64,000 nt of DNA from an uncultured Syntrophomonadaceae bacterium (GTDB lineage Bacteria; Bacillota; Dethiobacteria; DTU022): positions 3,995 to 67,994 of the forward strand of contig CAZAKI010000006.1 in NCBI GenBank assembly GCA_964485855.1, written 5' to 3'. A program made the translations under genes and the position numbers. The number at the start of each line of letters is the position of its first letter. The stretch's first letter is position 1. The notes beneath the pieces were generated by a model. That model saw only the letters and a program-made list of their open reading frames with translations, did not search any database and was not told where the DNA came from. Of the stretch, positions 28,393 through 39,549 are shown one piece after another.

Positions 28393-29826
28393 ATGCTAAA
28401 AGATGTAGAAAGATTGGAAAATAACAAAGTTAAATTGGCAATAGAAGTTGCTGCTCCCGACGTAGATACAGCCCTGGCTAAAGCATACCGTAAAGTGGTT
28501 GGCAAGATTAACCTGCCAGGTTTTCGCAAGGGTAAAGTGCCCCGCCGTATTCTCGAGTCTCGTTTCGGTCCGGAAATACTTCACGAAGAGGCGCTTGAGC
28601 TTTTGGTCCCCGGTGCCTACGAAGCTGCCCTGGAAGAAGCAGAGGTTGAGCCGATTGGCAACCCGGAGTTTGAGTTGATCCAAATCGAAGAAGGCAAACC
28701 CTTATTTTTTAATACGGTTATCGAGGTTTTACCACCAGTTGAACTTGGTGAATATCTTGGTATTGAAGGTGATCAGGAAGAAGCTGAAATAGATGATCTC
28801 CAGCTAGATCATCACCTTTACATGCTTCGCGAGCAAAATGCCAGGCTGGTTCCCCGGGAAGAAGGAACGGTCAAAAAGGGAGATATTGTTCTACTAGATT
28901 TCAAAGGGTACGTAGACGGTGAGCTTTTCGAGGGGGGAGAAGCTGAGGATTATTCACTTGAAATCGGTTCTAATTCTTTTATTCCTGGTTTTGAAGACCA
29001 GTTGATTGGTGCTTCTTTAGACGAAGAAAAAGATATTAATATTAAATTCCCCGATAATTATCGAAAAGAAGATATCGCCGGTAAAGATGCTGTATTTAAA
29101 ATCAAGGTCAAGCAGATTAAGGAAAAACAACTGCCGGAATTAGACGATGAATTTGTCAAAGAGGTTAGTGAGTTTGATACGTTGGACGAGATGAAAGAAG
29201 ATTTAAAGATTAAACTGCTAAAAAATGCTGAAGATAACAGCCTGGCAAAATTGGAGGAAGCTTTGATCGAAAAGATCACTGCTACGGCAAAAGTTGAACC
29301 ACCGAAAATTTTGGTTGATCGCCAGATAGATAGAATGATTGGTGATCTGGAAAATTATCTTCGCTACCAGGGTTTGGGCCTGGATAAATTTCTTGAACTA
29401 TCAGGAAAGAAAATTGACGAGGTTCGCGAAGAGCGACGGGAGGAAGCGGAGAAAAGAACCAAGGCAAACCTGGTTCTTGATGCAATAGCCAAGAAAGAAG
29501 GAATTGTTGCCGGTGAAAGCGAACTAAAGGTAAAAATAGAAGAAATTGCTACCAGTTATAATGATGATCCTGAAAGAATCAGAGATATTCTAGAAAAGCA
29601 GGGTCGTATCCCGGTAATACAGGAAGAAATCCGCATCCGTAAAGTAATTGATCTGATTGTTGAAAAAGCGAACATTAAGAGAGTTAAGCCTAAAAAGAAA
29701 GAAACACCGCAACAGGAAAAATCCGACGCTAAAGTTAAAAAAGCTGGTGGGGTTGATCCGGCCGCGGAAGCGAAAAACAAAAAAGATCGAGCAGGCGAAG
29801 CCTCTGCAGCAAAAGAAAAAGAGTAG
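28393..29826 (+). CDS. tig: Trigger factor
   Basis: GFRKGKVP ribosome-binding motif; FKBP domain (DFKGYVDGELFEGG...FIPGFEDQLIG). Confidence 0.97.
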   Translation: MLKDVERLENNKVKLAIEVAAPDVDTALAKAYRKVVGKINLPGFRKGKVPRRILESRFGPEILHEEALELLVPGAYEAALEEAEVEPIGNPEFELIQIEEGKPLFFNTVIEVLPPVELGEYLGIEGDQEEAEIDDLQLDHHLYMLREQNARLVPREEGTVKKGDIVLLDFKGYVDGELFEGGEAEDYSLEIGSNSFIPGFEDQLIGASLDEEKDINIKFPDNYRKEDIAGKDAVFKIKVKQIKEKQLPELDDEFVKEVSEFDTLDEMKEDLKIKLLKNAEDNSLAKLEEALIEKITATAKVEPPKILVDRQIDRMIGDLENYLRYQGLGLDKFLELSGKKIDEVREERREEAEKRTKANLVLDAIAKKEGIVAGESELKVKIEEIATSYNDDPERIRDILEKQGRIPVIQEEIRIRKVIDLIVEKANIKRVKPKKKETPQQEKSDAKVKKAGGVDPAAEAKNKKDRAGEASAAKEKE

Positions 29827-29891
29827 TATAATAGCGTTATAAAGTAGTAAGTAAAACTGACTAACAGTTGATCGTTTGAGGAGGTTTTATC

Positions 29892-30479
29892 ATGAGTATT
29901 TTAGTGCCGATGGTTGTTGAACAAACCAGTCGAGGCGAAAGAGCATATGACATCTATTCACGTCTGCTTAAAGATAGGATCGTTTTTATCGGCAGTCCGA
30001 TTGATGATAATGTTGCCAATCTGATTGTAGCCCAGATGCTTTTTCTCGAATCTGAGGATCCGAAAAAAGATATCAACCTTTATATTAATTCTCCCGGTGG
30101 ATCAGTTTATGCCGGAATGGCCATTTTTGATACAATGCGCTATGTAAAACCGGCTATTTCCACTATCTGTGTAGGTTTGGCAGCCAGTTTTGGCGCAGTG
30201 CTTCTATCAGCAGGGGAAAAGGGAAAACGTTATGCCCTGCCTAATTCCAGGATCATGCTTCATCAACCACTTGGTGGAGCCCAGGGACAAGCAGTAGATA
30301 TCGAAATTCATGCCCGTGAAATATTAAAGATCAGGGAAAGTCTAAATCAGATTTTATCCGATAATACGGGGCAACCAGTTGAGACGATCGCTAAAGATAC
30401 TGACAGAGATTTCTTTATGTCGGCTGAAGACGCGAAAAAGTACGGCCTGGTAGACGATATTCTTATCCACAGGACTTAA
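29892..30479 (+). CDS. clpP: ATP-dependent Clp protease proteolytic subunit
   Basis: [36 protein letters not shown]. Confidence 0.98.
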   Translation: MSILVPMVVEQTSRGERAYDIYSRLLKDRIVFIGSPIDDNVANLIVAQMLFLESEDPKKDINLYINSPGGSVYAGMAIFDTMRYVKPAISTICVGLAASFGAVLLSAGEKGKRYALPNSRIMLHQPLGGAQGQAVDIEIHAREILKIRESLNQILSDNTGQPVETIAKDTDRDFFMSAEDAKKYGLVDDILIHRT

Positions 30480-30504
30480 AGTGGAGATGGGGTGAAAACG
30501 CCAA

Positions 30505-31764
30505 ATGATTAAATTTAACGATGAAAAAGGCCAGTTAAAATGTTCGTTCTGCGGCAAAAATCAGGAGCAGGTACGCAAACTTGTAGCTGGACCAGGAGTT
30601 TATATCTGTGACGAGTGCATCGAGCTCTGTAATGAGATTATTGAGGAAGAAATTGGTGATGAGCCCGATCTTGGTCGATTAGAACTGCCAAAACCTCAGG
30701 AAATAAAAGAAGTACTCGATCAGTATGTTATCGGTCAGGAAGAGGCTAAAAAAAGTCTTTCGGTGGCTGTTTATAATCATTATAAACGGGTTAATGCCGG
30801 ATTAAAGGATGACGAAGTTGAACTACAGAAAAGTAATATCGCCCTGATCGGTCCAACAGGGGTTGGTAAAACCCTGCTGGCCCAGACCTTGGCCCGAATT
30901 CTAAATGTTCCTTTTGCCATCGCTGATGCAACATCTTTAACCGAAGCCGGTTATGTTGGTGAAGATGTTGAAAATATTTTGCTAAAATTGATCCAGGCAG
31001 CTGACTACGATCTTGAAAAAGCGGAAAAAGGCATCGTCTATATTGATGAAATCGATAAGATTGCCCGCAAAACTGATAATCCTTCAATAACCCGTGATGT
31101 ATCCGGTGAAGGAGTGCAGCAGGCGCTCTTGAAAATTCTAGAGGGAACCGTGGCAAGCGTTCCACCGCAGGGTGGTCGCAAGCACCCGCACCAGGAATTT
31201 ATGCAGATTGATACTACCGATATTTTATTCATCTGCGGGGGAGCATTCGATGGTTTGGAGAAAATAATCCAAAGCCGGATTGGAAGCAAGGGAATCGGTT
31301 TCGGTGCTGAAGTAGTTTCCCGTGATGACGGCAACATTGGGGCGATATTAAAACAGGTTCTGCCTCAGGATCTTCTCAAATTCGGGCTCATTCCTGAATT
31401 TGTTGGCCGCATTCCCGTGATTGCAACACTTGATCCACTGGACAGTGAAGCATTTGTCCGGATATTAAAAGAACCGCGCAATGCACTGATTAAACAGTAC
31501 CAGAAAATTTTCGAACTTGACGGTGTCTCCCTGGAATTTAAAGAGAACTGCCTCCAGGCAATCGCCGAAGAAGCAATGAAACGCAATACCGGTGCCAGGG
31601 GATTACGGGCAATCCTTGAGGAAACACTGCTTGATGTGATGTTTGATCTCCCATCGCGAGAGGATATTGAACGTTGTGTAATTACCCGTGAAACAGTGTT
31701 GAATAAGGATACACCGATGCTGGCAACTAGAAACAAACCTAAAAAGAAAGAAGAAACGGCCTGA
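30505..31764 (+). CDS. clpX: Clp protease ATP-binding subunit ClpX
   Basis: C4 zinc-binding domain, [21 protein letters not shown] loop, GARGLR. Confidence 0.98.
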   Translation: MIKFNDEKGQLKCSFCGKNQEQVRKLVAGPGVYICDECIELCNEIIEEEIGDEPDLGRLELPKPQEIKEVLDQYVIGQEEAKKSLSVAVYNHYKRVNAGLKDDEVELQKSNIALIGPTGVGKTLLAQTLARILNVPFAIADATSLTEAGYVGEDVENILLKLIQAADYDLEKAEKGIVYIDEIDKIARKTDNPSITRDVSGEGVQQALLKILEGTVASVPPQGGRKHPHQEFMQIDTTDILFICGGAFDGLEKIIQSRIGSKGIGFGAEVVSRDDGNIGAILKQVLPQDLLKFGLIPEFVGRIPVIATLDPLDSEAFVRILKEPRNALIKQYQKIFELDGVSLEFKENCLQAIAEEAMKRNTGARGLRAILEETLLDVMFDLPSREDIERCVITRETVLNKDTPMLATRNKPKKKEETA

Positions 31765-31825
31765 TCCCGGTTCAATTATTCGGAATCCTTTGGGTTAGAA
31801 GGTTATTAGTTTAAAAGGATAAAAT

Positions 31826-31869
31826 AAGCGGGAAGCGAATAATAATAATATTGCTTCTCGCTTTAGTTT
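31826..31869 (+). terminator. Terminator-like hairpin between clpX and lon
   Basis: AAGCGGGAAGCGAATA...TATTGCTTCTCGCTTT followed by AGTTTT. Confidence 0.55.
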
Positions 31870-31895
31870 TACCGATGAAAGGTGGTATTGATTCA

Positions 31896-34304
31896 GTGGT
31901 CGAAAAAAAACGATTACCGGTTCTACCCTTGAGAGGTGTCCTGGTATTTCCTAATATGGTCCTGCACTTAGATGTTGGGCGGGAACGTTCCATTGCTGCT
32001 CTCGAGCAGGCAATGATGAAAGACAATCTGATCTTGCTGGTTACTCAAAAAGACGCCAAAATAGACGATCCAACCAAGGATGATCTTTATCAGATTGGTT
32101 CAATAGCCAGGATTAAGCAGATGATCAAGCTCCCCGGAGGGACAATCAGGGTTTTGGTCGAGGGTCTTAACAGGGCAAAGCTGTTAGATCTTATTACCGA
32201 CGAAAAAATTCTTGAAGCAGACCTGGAAATGATTGAAGATCCGGTTGAAAAAACAGCTGAGATCGAAGCGATCATGCGCACTGTGCTTCACCAGTTTGAG
32301 CAGTATATAAAAATTAGCCGTAAAGTGCCTCCGGAAACTTTATCAACTGTTGCTGATATTGAAGAAGCGGGAAGGTTTGCTGATATTGTTGCTTCCCATC
32401 TAAGTATGAAGACTCAGCAAAAACAGGAGATCCTGGAGTCAGTAAACATCAAAGATCGATTGGAAAAGTTGAACGAAGTGCTGAGAAGGGAAATGGAGAT
32501 TCTCGATATTGAACGGAAAATAAATTTGCGGGTACGCAAACAAATGGAAAAAACCCAGAAAGAATATTATTTGCGGGAACAGATGAAGGCAATTCAAAAA
32601 GAACTGGGTGAAAGAGATGAACGGATGGCAGAGGCTGAAGAGTACAGGGATAAAATTGCTGAGGCTAAGCTGCCTGAAGAAGTTGAAGAAAAAGCTTTGA
32701 AAGAAGTTGAGAGACTCGAAAAGATGCCTCCGGCAGCAGCTGAAGGAATCGTAATCAGGACTTATCTTGATTGGCTCTTGGAGTTGCCCTGGTCGTTGGA
32801 GACTACCGATCGGCTTGATCTGCAACTGGCTGAACAAATTCTCGATGAAGATCACTACGGGCTGCAAAAAGTTAAAGAACGCATTGTTGAATATCTAGCA
32901 GTGCGGCAGTTGGCTGAAAAACTGAAAGGGCCGATTTTGTGTCTGGTCGGACCTCCCGGAGTTGGCAAAACTTCCCTGGCCAAATCAGTTGCCCGGGCTC
33001 TCGAACGAAAGTTTGTCCGTATTTCGCTCGGTGGGGTTCGTGATGAAGCTGAGGTCAGGGGACATCGACGTACCTATATTGGTGCTCTACCGGGTCGGAT
33101 CATTCAAGGCATGCGTCAGGCTAAATCGAAAAACCCTGTCTTCTTAATGGATGAAATCGATAAGATGTCTACCGATTTCAGGGGAGACCCTTCTTCGGCC
33201 CTGCTTGAAGTGCTTGATCCCGAGCAGAATATTGCATTCAGCGATCACTATATCGAAATTCCTTTTGACCTGTCACAGGTTATGTTTATTACCACTGGAA
33301 ACACAACATATAATATTCCCCAACCACTGCTTGACCGGATGGAACTGATTCACATCCCCGGTTATACTGAAGAAGATAAGGTCGAAATTGCCCGTCAATA
33401 TCTTGTCCCAAAACAGCTCCAAGAGCATGGCTTGTCTGCAAAAAATCTGGAACTATCAGAGGGAACATTGAGACGGATTATTCGTGAGTATACCCGTGAA
33501 GCTGGGGTGCGCAACCTGGAAAGAAGCATTTCGGCTATCTGTCGTAAAGTAGCCAGGGAAGTAGTCAAAGACAGGGATAAACATATCCGGTTAACCAGGC
33601 AAAATTTGCATAAGTACCTGGGGATCCCTCGTTATCGCTATGGAGCTGCGGAAAAAGAAGATGAAATTGGTGTTGCCACCGGTTTGGCTTGGACTGAAGC
33701 AGGAGGAGATCTTCTATCTATTGAGGTTACTCTAATGAAAGGTAAGGGCAAGATGACTCTTACCGGAAAATTGGGTGATGTGATGCAGGAATCGGCCAAG
33801 GCGGCGATCAGTTACATTCGTTCTCGGGGTGAATCTTTAGGGTTAGAAAAAAATTTCTATGAGGATATTGATATCCACATTCATGTTCCTGAAGGGGCTA
33901 TTCCCAAGGATGGACCATCGGCAGGGATTGCCATTGCCACTGCCCTGGCTTCAGCGCTTACTAAAATACCGATTCGTAAAGATGTAACAATGACCGGGGA
34001 AATAACTTTGCGTGGCAGGGTTTTACCCGTTGGTGGCGTTAAGGAAAAGATGCTGGCCGCTCACCGTGCCGGAATTCGCTATATGGTGATGCCGGCTGAA
34101 AACCGTCGAGATCTCAGTGATATTCCCCAAAATGTGCGCCGTAAGATCGAGGTTAAACTGGTTGAACATATGGATGAGGTTTTAGCCCTTGCTTTATCAG
34201 GTCCGATCGATAAAAATGATTCTACCGCAGATCAAAAAGGAGCGATCAGGGAAAATGACTTAGGGCTGCCGACAGACAGCCAGGATCCATCTTTTCCTCA
34301 TTAG
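31896..34304 (+). CDS. lon: Lon protease (endopeptidase La)
   Basis: LPVLPLRG N-domain, [25 protein letters not shown] catalytic Ser. Likely start GTG 31896. Confidence 0.97.
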   Translation: MVEKKRLPVLPLRGVLVFPNMVLHLDVGRERSIAALEQAMMKDNLILLVTQKDAKIDDPTKDDLYQIGSIARIKQMIKLPGGTIRVLVEGLNRAKLLDLITDEKILEADLEMIEDPVEKTAEIEAIMRTVLHQFEQYIKISRKVPPETLSTVADIEEAGRFADIVASHLSMKTQQKQEILESVNIKDRLEKLNEVLRREMEILDIERKINLRVRKQMEKTQKEYYLREQMKAIQKELGERDERMAEAEEYRDKIAEAKLPEEVEEKALKEVERLEKMPPAAAEGIVIRTYLDWLLELPWSLETTDRLDLQLAEQILDEDHYGLQKVKERIVEYLAVRQLAEKLKGPILCLVGPPGVGKTSLAKSVARALERKFVRISLGGVRDEAEVRGHRRTYIGALPGRIIQGMRQAKSKNPVFLMDEIDKMSTDFRGDPSSALLEVLDPEQNIAFSDHYIEIPFDLSQVMFITTGNTTYNIPQPLLDRMELIHIPGYTEEDKVEIARQYLVPKQLQEHGLSAKNLELSEGTLRRIIREYTREAGVRNLERSISAICRKVAREVVKDRDKHIRLTRQNLHKYLGIPRYRYGAAEKEDEIGVATGLAWTEAGGDLLSIEVTLMKGKGKMTLTGKLGDVMQESAKAAISYIRSRGESLGLEKNFYEDIDIHIHVPEGAIPKDGPSAGIAIATALASALTKIPIRKDVTMTGEITLRGRVLPVGGVKEKMLAAHRAGIRYMVMPAENRRDLSDIPQNVRRKIEVKLVEHMDEVLALALSGPIDKNDSTADQKGAIRENDLGLPTDSQDPSFPH

Positions 34305-34335
34305 TAAGTGCACTACCATAAACGGGAGATTAATC

Positions 34336-34917
34336 ATGCGTATTAATAAAACTGAATTGAAGGCGGCAGCTTATAACCTCAAAGATTTTCCTACCTGGGA
34401 AATCCCTGAGGTTTCTTTTATCGGCCGTTCGAATGTCGGAAAATCTTCACTCCTTAATAGTCTCATTGGCCGCAAGAACCTGGCCCGGATCAGCTCGACT
34501 CCCGGTAAAACCAGGGGGCTTTATTTTTATCTAATCAACGAAGCTTTTTGTTTTGTTGACCTACCCGGGTATGGTTACGCAAAAGTTTCCAAAAAAGAGC
34601 GGGAGCGCTGGGCTCCGATCATCGAACAGTATTTAGCTGATCGCTGCACCCTCAGGGGCTGTTTGCACCTGGTCGATTGTCGCCATGAACCTACTGCTGA
34701 CGATCAGCTTATGGCCGAGTGGCTGCGGGCTCACACTATACCAACGATTACGGTGGCGACCAAGGCGGATAAACTTTCCCGAAACGCTTTAAACAAACAA
34801 TTGAAGACCATCAGAACAGCTCTCGGTTTGTTCGAAGAAGACTCCTTGATTGCCTTCTCTGCAAAAACCGCGGTTGGCAAAGATCTTTTATGGCAGGTAA
34901 TCATGAAATTGCTTTGA
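34336..34917 (+). CDS. engB: Ribosome biogenesis GTPase YsxC/EngB
   Basis: GRSNVGKSS, STPGKT, DLPGYG, TKADK. Confidence 0.97.
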   Translation: MRINKTELKAAAYNLKDFPTWEIPEVSFIGRSNVGKSSLLNSLIGRKNLARISSTPGKTRGLYFYLINEAFCFVDLPGYGYAKVSKKERERWAPIIEQYLADRCTLRGCLHLVDCRHEPTADDQLMAEWLRAHTIPTITVATKADKLSRNALNKQLKTIRTALGLFEEDSLIAFSAKTAVGKDLLWQVIMKLL

Positions 34918-34960
34918 TCTGAGCGATGATTAGAGTGTCTATTTTTACAGGAGGTTATCG

Positions 34961-35728
34961 ATGGCTGTTGCAGGAATTGACATCGGTTCACTTACAGCTG
35001 AAGTGGTGATTATGGAACAGGATAAAATGATCAGTTATGTCATTCGGCCCACTGGATTCAACAGTAAGCAGGCTGCTGAGAAAGCAATCAAAGAGGCCTT
35101 GATGAAGGCGGGTCTAAACATGGCAGATCTTAGCAGTATTGTAGCAACCGGGTATGGTCGAATCAGCATCGATTTTGCCGATAAAATTGTGACAGAAATA
35201 ACCTGCCACGGTCGGGGTGCTTTTTTTTGGGACCCGACGATCAGAACGGTAATTGATATCGGCGGACAGGACAGCAAGGTGATTCGTCTTTCAAAAGAGG
35301 GACGGGTTACCGATTTTGCAATGAATGATAAATGTTCTGCCGGTACAGGACGTTTTCTTGAAGTAATGGCGCATGCTTTGGAAGTAGATATTGATCAACT
35401 CTCTTCCTTAAGCGACCGGGCTAAAAAAACCGTTTCAATTAGCAGTATGTGTACTGTTTTTGCTGAATCAGAAGTGGTTTCCCTGATCGCCCAGGGTTTA
35501 CCGCGAGAGGATATTGCCTGCGGTTTGCATCAGTCAATTGCCGACCGGACAGCCGGCCTGGTTCACCGGGTAGGACTGGAAGAAAGAGTAATGATGACGG
35601 GCGGAGTAGCCAGAAATAAAGCAGTAGTTAAGGCTTTGAATCAAAAATTTAATACACAGATAGTAGTTCCTCCGGAGCCGCAAATCGCCGGGGCCTTAGG
35701 TGCAGCGTTGTTAGCTGCCGAAGCTTAA
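34961..35728 (+). CDS. 2-hydroxyacyl-CoA dehydratase activase (HgdC/BadF-family ATPase)
   Basis: GIDIGS, ATGYGR, EITCHGRG, DIGGQDSK, MNDKCSAGTGRF, CTVFAESE. Confidence 0.93.
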   Translation: MAVAGIDIGSLTAEVVIMEQDKMISYVIRPTGFNSKQAAEKAIKEALMKAGLNMADLSSIVATGYGRISIDFADKIVTEITCHGRGAFFWDPTIRTVIDIGGQDSKVIRLSKEGRVTDFAMNDKCSAGTGRFLEVMAHALEVDIDQLSSLSDRAKKTVSISSMCTVFAESEVVSLIAQGLPREDIACGLHQSIADRTAGLVHRVGLEERVMMTGGVARNKAVVKALNQKFNTQIVVPPEPQIAGALGAALLAAEA

Positions 35729-35732
35729 GCGG

Positions 35733-36305
35733 TTAGTGAAATCTGGAGTCATGGTCAGGCTTGTTTTCTCTTAGTCTACTTTTTATCTGTAGACTTAGAA
35801 AAGCAGCAATTGCAACCTTTAACAGGTCAAAGGGAATAAAAGGGAGCACCCCGACTAAAAGTGCCTGGTTGATGCTGTAATGCATCAGAAAGGCAAGCTG
35901 AGAAGCGCCCAGTGCGTAGATCAGGATCAGCGCTGGGAGCATGGCCATTGTCAGATTAATTAAAGATGGTTTTTTTATTTTCTCCAGGACGAATGAAATG
36001 ATTAGAACGGCAGGAATGAATGCGAGAAGATAACCTCCGGTTGGTCCGATCAGCATGGATATCCCGCCTCTGGCCATGGAAAAAACCGGAGCACCGGCCG
36101 CCCCGATTAGAAGATAAGAAAATACAGCCAGACCGGCGGGTTTTTTTTCAAGTAGAGCTCCGGTCATCATGACCCCAACTGTTTGGCCGGTAAAGGGAAC
36201 TGGACTGAAGGGCATCGGAATAGCCACCTGGGCCATAATGGCAATCAGGGCAGTGAATAGCGCTGAAAGTGTCAGTTGCGATAGAGGAAGAGAATTTTTA
36301 GTCAT
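35733..36305 (-). CDS. bioY: Biotin ECF transporter S component
   Basis: PVPFTGQT, YLLIGAAGAPVF, GPTGGYL, PFIPFD. Confidence 0.95.
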   Translation of the reverse strand: MTKNSLPLSQLTLSALFTALIAIMAQVAIPMPFSPVPFTGQTVGVMMTGALLEKKPAGLAVFSYLLIGAAGAPVFSMARGGISMLIGPTGGYLLAFIPAVLIISFVLEKIKKPSLINLTMAMLPALILIYALGASQLAFLMHYSINQALLVGVLPFIPFDLLKVAIAAFLSLQIKSRLRENKPDHDSRFH

Positions 36306-37256
36306 CTAAATCAATTCACCATAATTAACCTGATGGATCTTGTTTTGCTGATCCCTGATCAAAAGGTTTCCTGTAACCGAAAGGTCGATGGCGATGCCGG
36401 TTAATGAGCCGCCGGCCCATTTGACTGTTACTTTTCGGCCAAGGGTTTCATTATATTTAATCCAGCTTTTCCTGAATGGGGTGAAACCCTCTGTTTCAAA
36501 TAGCCGGTAGGCTTTAATCAATCTTTCACGAATATCTAAAAAAAACTCAGTTCGGTCTATAACCATCCCCGTTTCGATCTTAATCGAGGTCGCCTTGTTT
36601 CGTAGCTCCCGGGGAAAATCGATTGACTCCTGGCTGATATTCAAACCAATGCCAATTAGTAAGTAATCGATTTGATCTAAATCGGTTTTGATTTCAGTTA
36701 AAATACCAGCCAGCTTTTTCTCATGTAATATTAGATCGTTTGGCCATTTAATCCTGGCCGGTAGATCGCAGACAGTATTCAAGTAATCAGTGATTACCGC
36801 TGCTGTGACCAGGGTTATAGGATTTGCATCAGCAGGACTCATCAGCTTTGGTCTCAGCATGATTGTAAACCAGAGACCTTTTCCCTGTGGGGAAAACCAG
36901 CTGCGCCCCAAACGTCCTTTCCCAGCCTGCTGTTCTTCGGCAACAACCGTCGTTTCAGAAGGGGCATTTTCAACTGCCAGTTGGCGGGCATCAAGATTGG
37001 TTGAATCTACTGATTGTAAATAGATGATTTTCTGATCCACGAGCCTGCTCTGATCAAGAAGATCAGGGCTGCTGTAAAGACAGTAGCCGCAATGAGAGTG
37101 TGCTTTAATTTGATAACCGTCTTTTCTCAATTTTTCGATCTGCTTCCAGACAGCAGATCGACTGATTCCTAAGGTTTTGCCGATCAAGGTCCCGGAAAGA
37201 TATTGTTTTTCATTGATTTTCAGCAAATTAAGAACTGCCACCAGTTTTTGATCCAA
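36306..37256 (-). CDS. birA: Bifunctional biotin ligase/repressor
   Basis: N-terminal HTH (LGISRSAVWKQI), DSTN, QAGKGRLGRSW, KWPND, KLAGIL. Confidence 0.96.
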   Translation of the reverse strand: MDQKLVAVLNLLKINEKQYLSGTLIGKTLGISRSAVWKQIEKLRKDGYQIKAHSHCGYCLYSSPDLLDQSRLVDQKIIYLQSVDSTNLDARQLAVENAPSETTVVAEEQQAGKGRLGRSWFSPQGKGLWFTIMLRPKLMSPADANPITLVTAAVITDYLNTVCDLPARIKWPNDLILHEKKLAGILTEIKTDLDQIDYLLIGIGLNISQESIDFPRELRNKATSIKIETGMVIDRTEFFLDIRERLIKAYRLFETEGFTPFRKSWIKYNETLGRKVTVKWAGGSLTGIAIDLSVTGNLLIRDQQNKIHQVNYGELI

Positions 37257-37306
37257 GCTACCACCCTGTGCGATATTTTGATAGAATAATAATGAATAAA
37301 AAAAAC

Positions 37307-37341
37307 ATTGTCAACCCAACACAAGATAATTGGTTGACAAT
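37307..37341. promoter_or_regulatory. BirA operator
   Basis: ATTGTCAACC-N15-GGTTGACAAT inverted repeat upstream of birA-bioY. Confidence 0.82.
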
Positions 37342-37385
37342 TGATCGAAACGAAATTCCAGTGTTAACCCTTAATTACAGGAAAA

Positions 37386-37410
37386 AGGCGCAGTTCCAAA
37401 AACTGCGCCT
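37386..37410 (-). terminator. Hairpin in the birA/activator intergenic region
   Basis: AGGCGCAGTT/AACTGCGCCT 10-bp stem with a T-run on the minus strand. Confidence 0.55.
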
Positions 37411-37535
37411 AACAAATGTATATAAAAAGAGGGGGTCAACTTGATCCCATTATAAACGACTAAGATTACAGGAATATTACAGTCAGGTTGCTTTTGTATT
37501 ACATTTAAATATTAATTGGGCGGGAGTAAAGAGCT

Positions 37536-39320
37536 ATGCTTCGGGCAAAAGATTTGATGATCAAACCACAACATTGCCTAAACTGCCGGGTTTCTGCTTC
37601 TGAGGCGATCAAGATTTTCTTTAATCACGGGACGCAAGTGCTTGCTGTTTATGATGAGCATCATTTTATAGGTTTAATCACTGCAGAATCAATTAGTCTT
37701 TGTTTATACAGTGCTGGCAACCTGGAAATCAAAGCAGCTGCTGATTTAATTGTTAAGGATTGCCCTTCGGTATCGACCGAGAGCAGCTTGGAACAGATCA
37801 GATCCTCTTTACCTGGTCACAATTATTTGCTGGTCAGAAACAGGCAGGGAGGGCTGGAAGGGATTATTACCGGAACTGATCTCGCTCAACAGTTGGCAGC
37901 AAGCGCCACTGAATTAGAAAAAGAGCTGGACGCAGTAATCAATTTTTCATCTGATGAGATCCTGGTGGCCGATCAGCAGGGCAAGGTTTTAAGAGTCAAT
38001 CACATTTTTGAGGAAAATTTCGGCGTAAAACTGACTTCAGTCCTGGGTAAAACAGTTGACGAGCTGGAGAAAAAGAAAATATTCTTTCCTTCCGTTACCA
38101 GGTTGGTCCTTGACAAAAAAGAGGTACAGACGGTTATACAGTCGCGCCGTGATGGCCGTAAGCTTTTAGCCACCGGCACCCCTGTATTTAATGAAGATGG
38201 TTCTATCTTCAGGGTTGTAGTAAATACCAGGGATATTACCAGGCTAAACAACCTGAAAAACCAGTTAGAAGAATCAGAGCTGTTAAAAAACCGTTATCAG
38301 CAAGAGCTAATCGAGTTGCGACAGGGTTATCTTGGTGGTGTCAGACTAGTTGCCAAAAGCAAAGCGATGGTAGATTTAATTAGCATCGTCCGCAAAATTG
38401 CTGCCGTGGATTCTACTGTCTTGCTGACCGGAGAATCGGGAGTAGGTAAGGGTTTGATTGCTCGCTACATTCATTATAGTAGTCCCCGGTCGGTTAAGCC
38501 TTTCACGGTAGTAAATTGTGGTGCGATTCCTGAAAATTTGCTCGAAAGCGAACTATTTGGCTATGCGGGGGGAGCATTTACAGGGGCGCTCAGGGAAGGT
38601 AAGATTGGCAAGTTGGAGTTAGCTAATGATGGCACTCTTTTTCTAGACGAAATATCAGATCTACCGCTTAATCTACAAGTCAAATTGCTCCATGTGATCC
38701 AGGAAGGGATCATTACCAGGATTGGTGGAACCAAAGAAATTAAGTTGAATTTGCGGTTCATCGCTGCCACGAATCGGGATATTGCCAGGCTGGTTGAAGA
38801 AGGTAAATTCCGGGAAGATCTTTATTTTCGTTTAGATGTTATTCCCCTGATGGTTCCTCCACTTAGAGAGCGCCGGGAAGATATCAAGATCCTGGTTGCA
38901 CAGTTTCTCGATAAGCTTAATCGGCGATACCAAAAGCAAAAAACCTTCACTCCCGAAGCGATGAAATATCTTGAAGCCTACCTGTGGCCCGGAAACGTGC
39001 GTGAATTGGAAAATTTAATCGAAAGAATGATGATTGTGATGGATCAGGATCAAATCGGCCCGGAAAAACTGCCCCGACATCTTTTGGGAGAAGTTGGTTT
39101 ACATAAAACGAATAAGCAGGCTCCTATCTATTCTGCATCCGGTGAACTTCCGCCCCTCAAAGAGACGCTTCAGAAAATGGAAAAAGAAATACTAACCGAA
39201 GCACTGAAACGCTACAAAACTACTTACCAAATTGCCGAAGCTTTAGATATTAATCAATCGACTGTTGTTCGCAAATTAAGTAAATATAATCTAGTCGAAC
39301 GGCAAACCAGGTATAAATAA
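37536..39320 (+). CDS. Sigma-54-dependent activator (CBS pair-PAS-AAA+-HTH), GabR/RocR-like
   Basis: GESGVGK, ESELFGY, GAFTGA, FLDEI, WPGNVRELEN; N-terminal CBS repeats and PAS; C-terminal 'IAEALDINQSTVVRK'. Confidence 0.95.
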   Translation: MLRAKDLMIKPQHCLNCRVSASEAIKIFFNHGTQVLAVYDEHHFIGLITAESISLCLYSAGNLEIKAAADLIVKDCPSVSTESSLEQIRSSLPGHNYLLVRNRQGGLEGIITGTDLAQQLAASATELEKELDAVINFSSDEILVADQQGKVLRVNHIFEENFGVKLTSVLGKTVDELEKKKIFFPSVTRLVLDKKEVQTVIQSRRDGRKLLATGTPVFNEDGSIFRVVVNTRDITRLNNLKNQLEESELLKNRYQQELIELRQGYLGGVRLVAKSKAMVDLISIVRKIAAVDSTVLLTGESGVGKGLIARYIHYSSPRSVKPFTVVNCGAIPENLLESELFGYAGGAFTGALREGKIGKLELANDGTLFLDEISDLPLNLQVKLLHVIQEGIITRIGGTKEIKLNLRFIAATNRDIARLVEEGKFREDLYFRLDVIPLMVPPLRERREDIKILVAQFLDKLNRRYQKQKTFTPEAMKYLEAYLWPGNVRELENLIERMMIVMDQDQIGPEKLPRHLLGEVGLHKTNKQAPIYSASGELPPLKETLQKMEKEILTEALKRYKTTYQIAEALDINQSTVVRKLSKYNLVERQTRYK

Positions 39321-39330
39321 AAACGTTATT

Positions 39331-39367
39331 TAATGCCGGAATGCATTATTAATGCAATAGCGCATTA
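39331..39367. promoter_or_regulatory. Tandem palindromic upstream activating sequences
   Basis: TAATGC-N6-GCATTA twice (39331-48 and 39350-67), about 115 bp upstream of the sigma-54 promoter. Confidence 0.75.
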
Positions 39368-39481
39368 CTAATAATGTTTCTGCAGTTTTTGTCCGGATTC
39401 CCACAGCTGGAAAACCTCAGTAATTTCTTCTATGCTAAGCAATGATGATCAGGATACCGTTTTCCTTTGATTATTTGCTGT

Positions 39482-39497
39482 TGGCATTACTTTTGCT
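39482..39497 (+). promoter_or_regulatory. Sigma-54 (-24/-12) promoter of gabT-aor-stn
   Basis: TGGCATTACTTTTGCT; GG-N10-GC spacing. Confidence 0.88.
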
Positions 39498-39549
39498 ATT
39501 TAATTATAACAGCATAAAAATATTAAAAACCAGAAAGGGGTTTTAGCTA

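Noticed and set aside
29827-31895. CtsR or CIRCE heat-shock operators at clpP, clpX or lon
   Set aside because: No GGTCAAA-N3-GGTCAAA or TTAGCACTC-N9-GAGTGCTAA seen in these intergenic regions.
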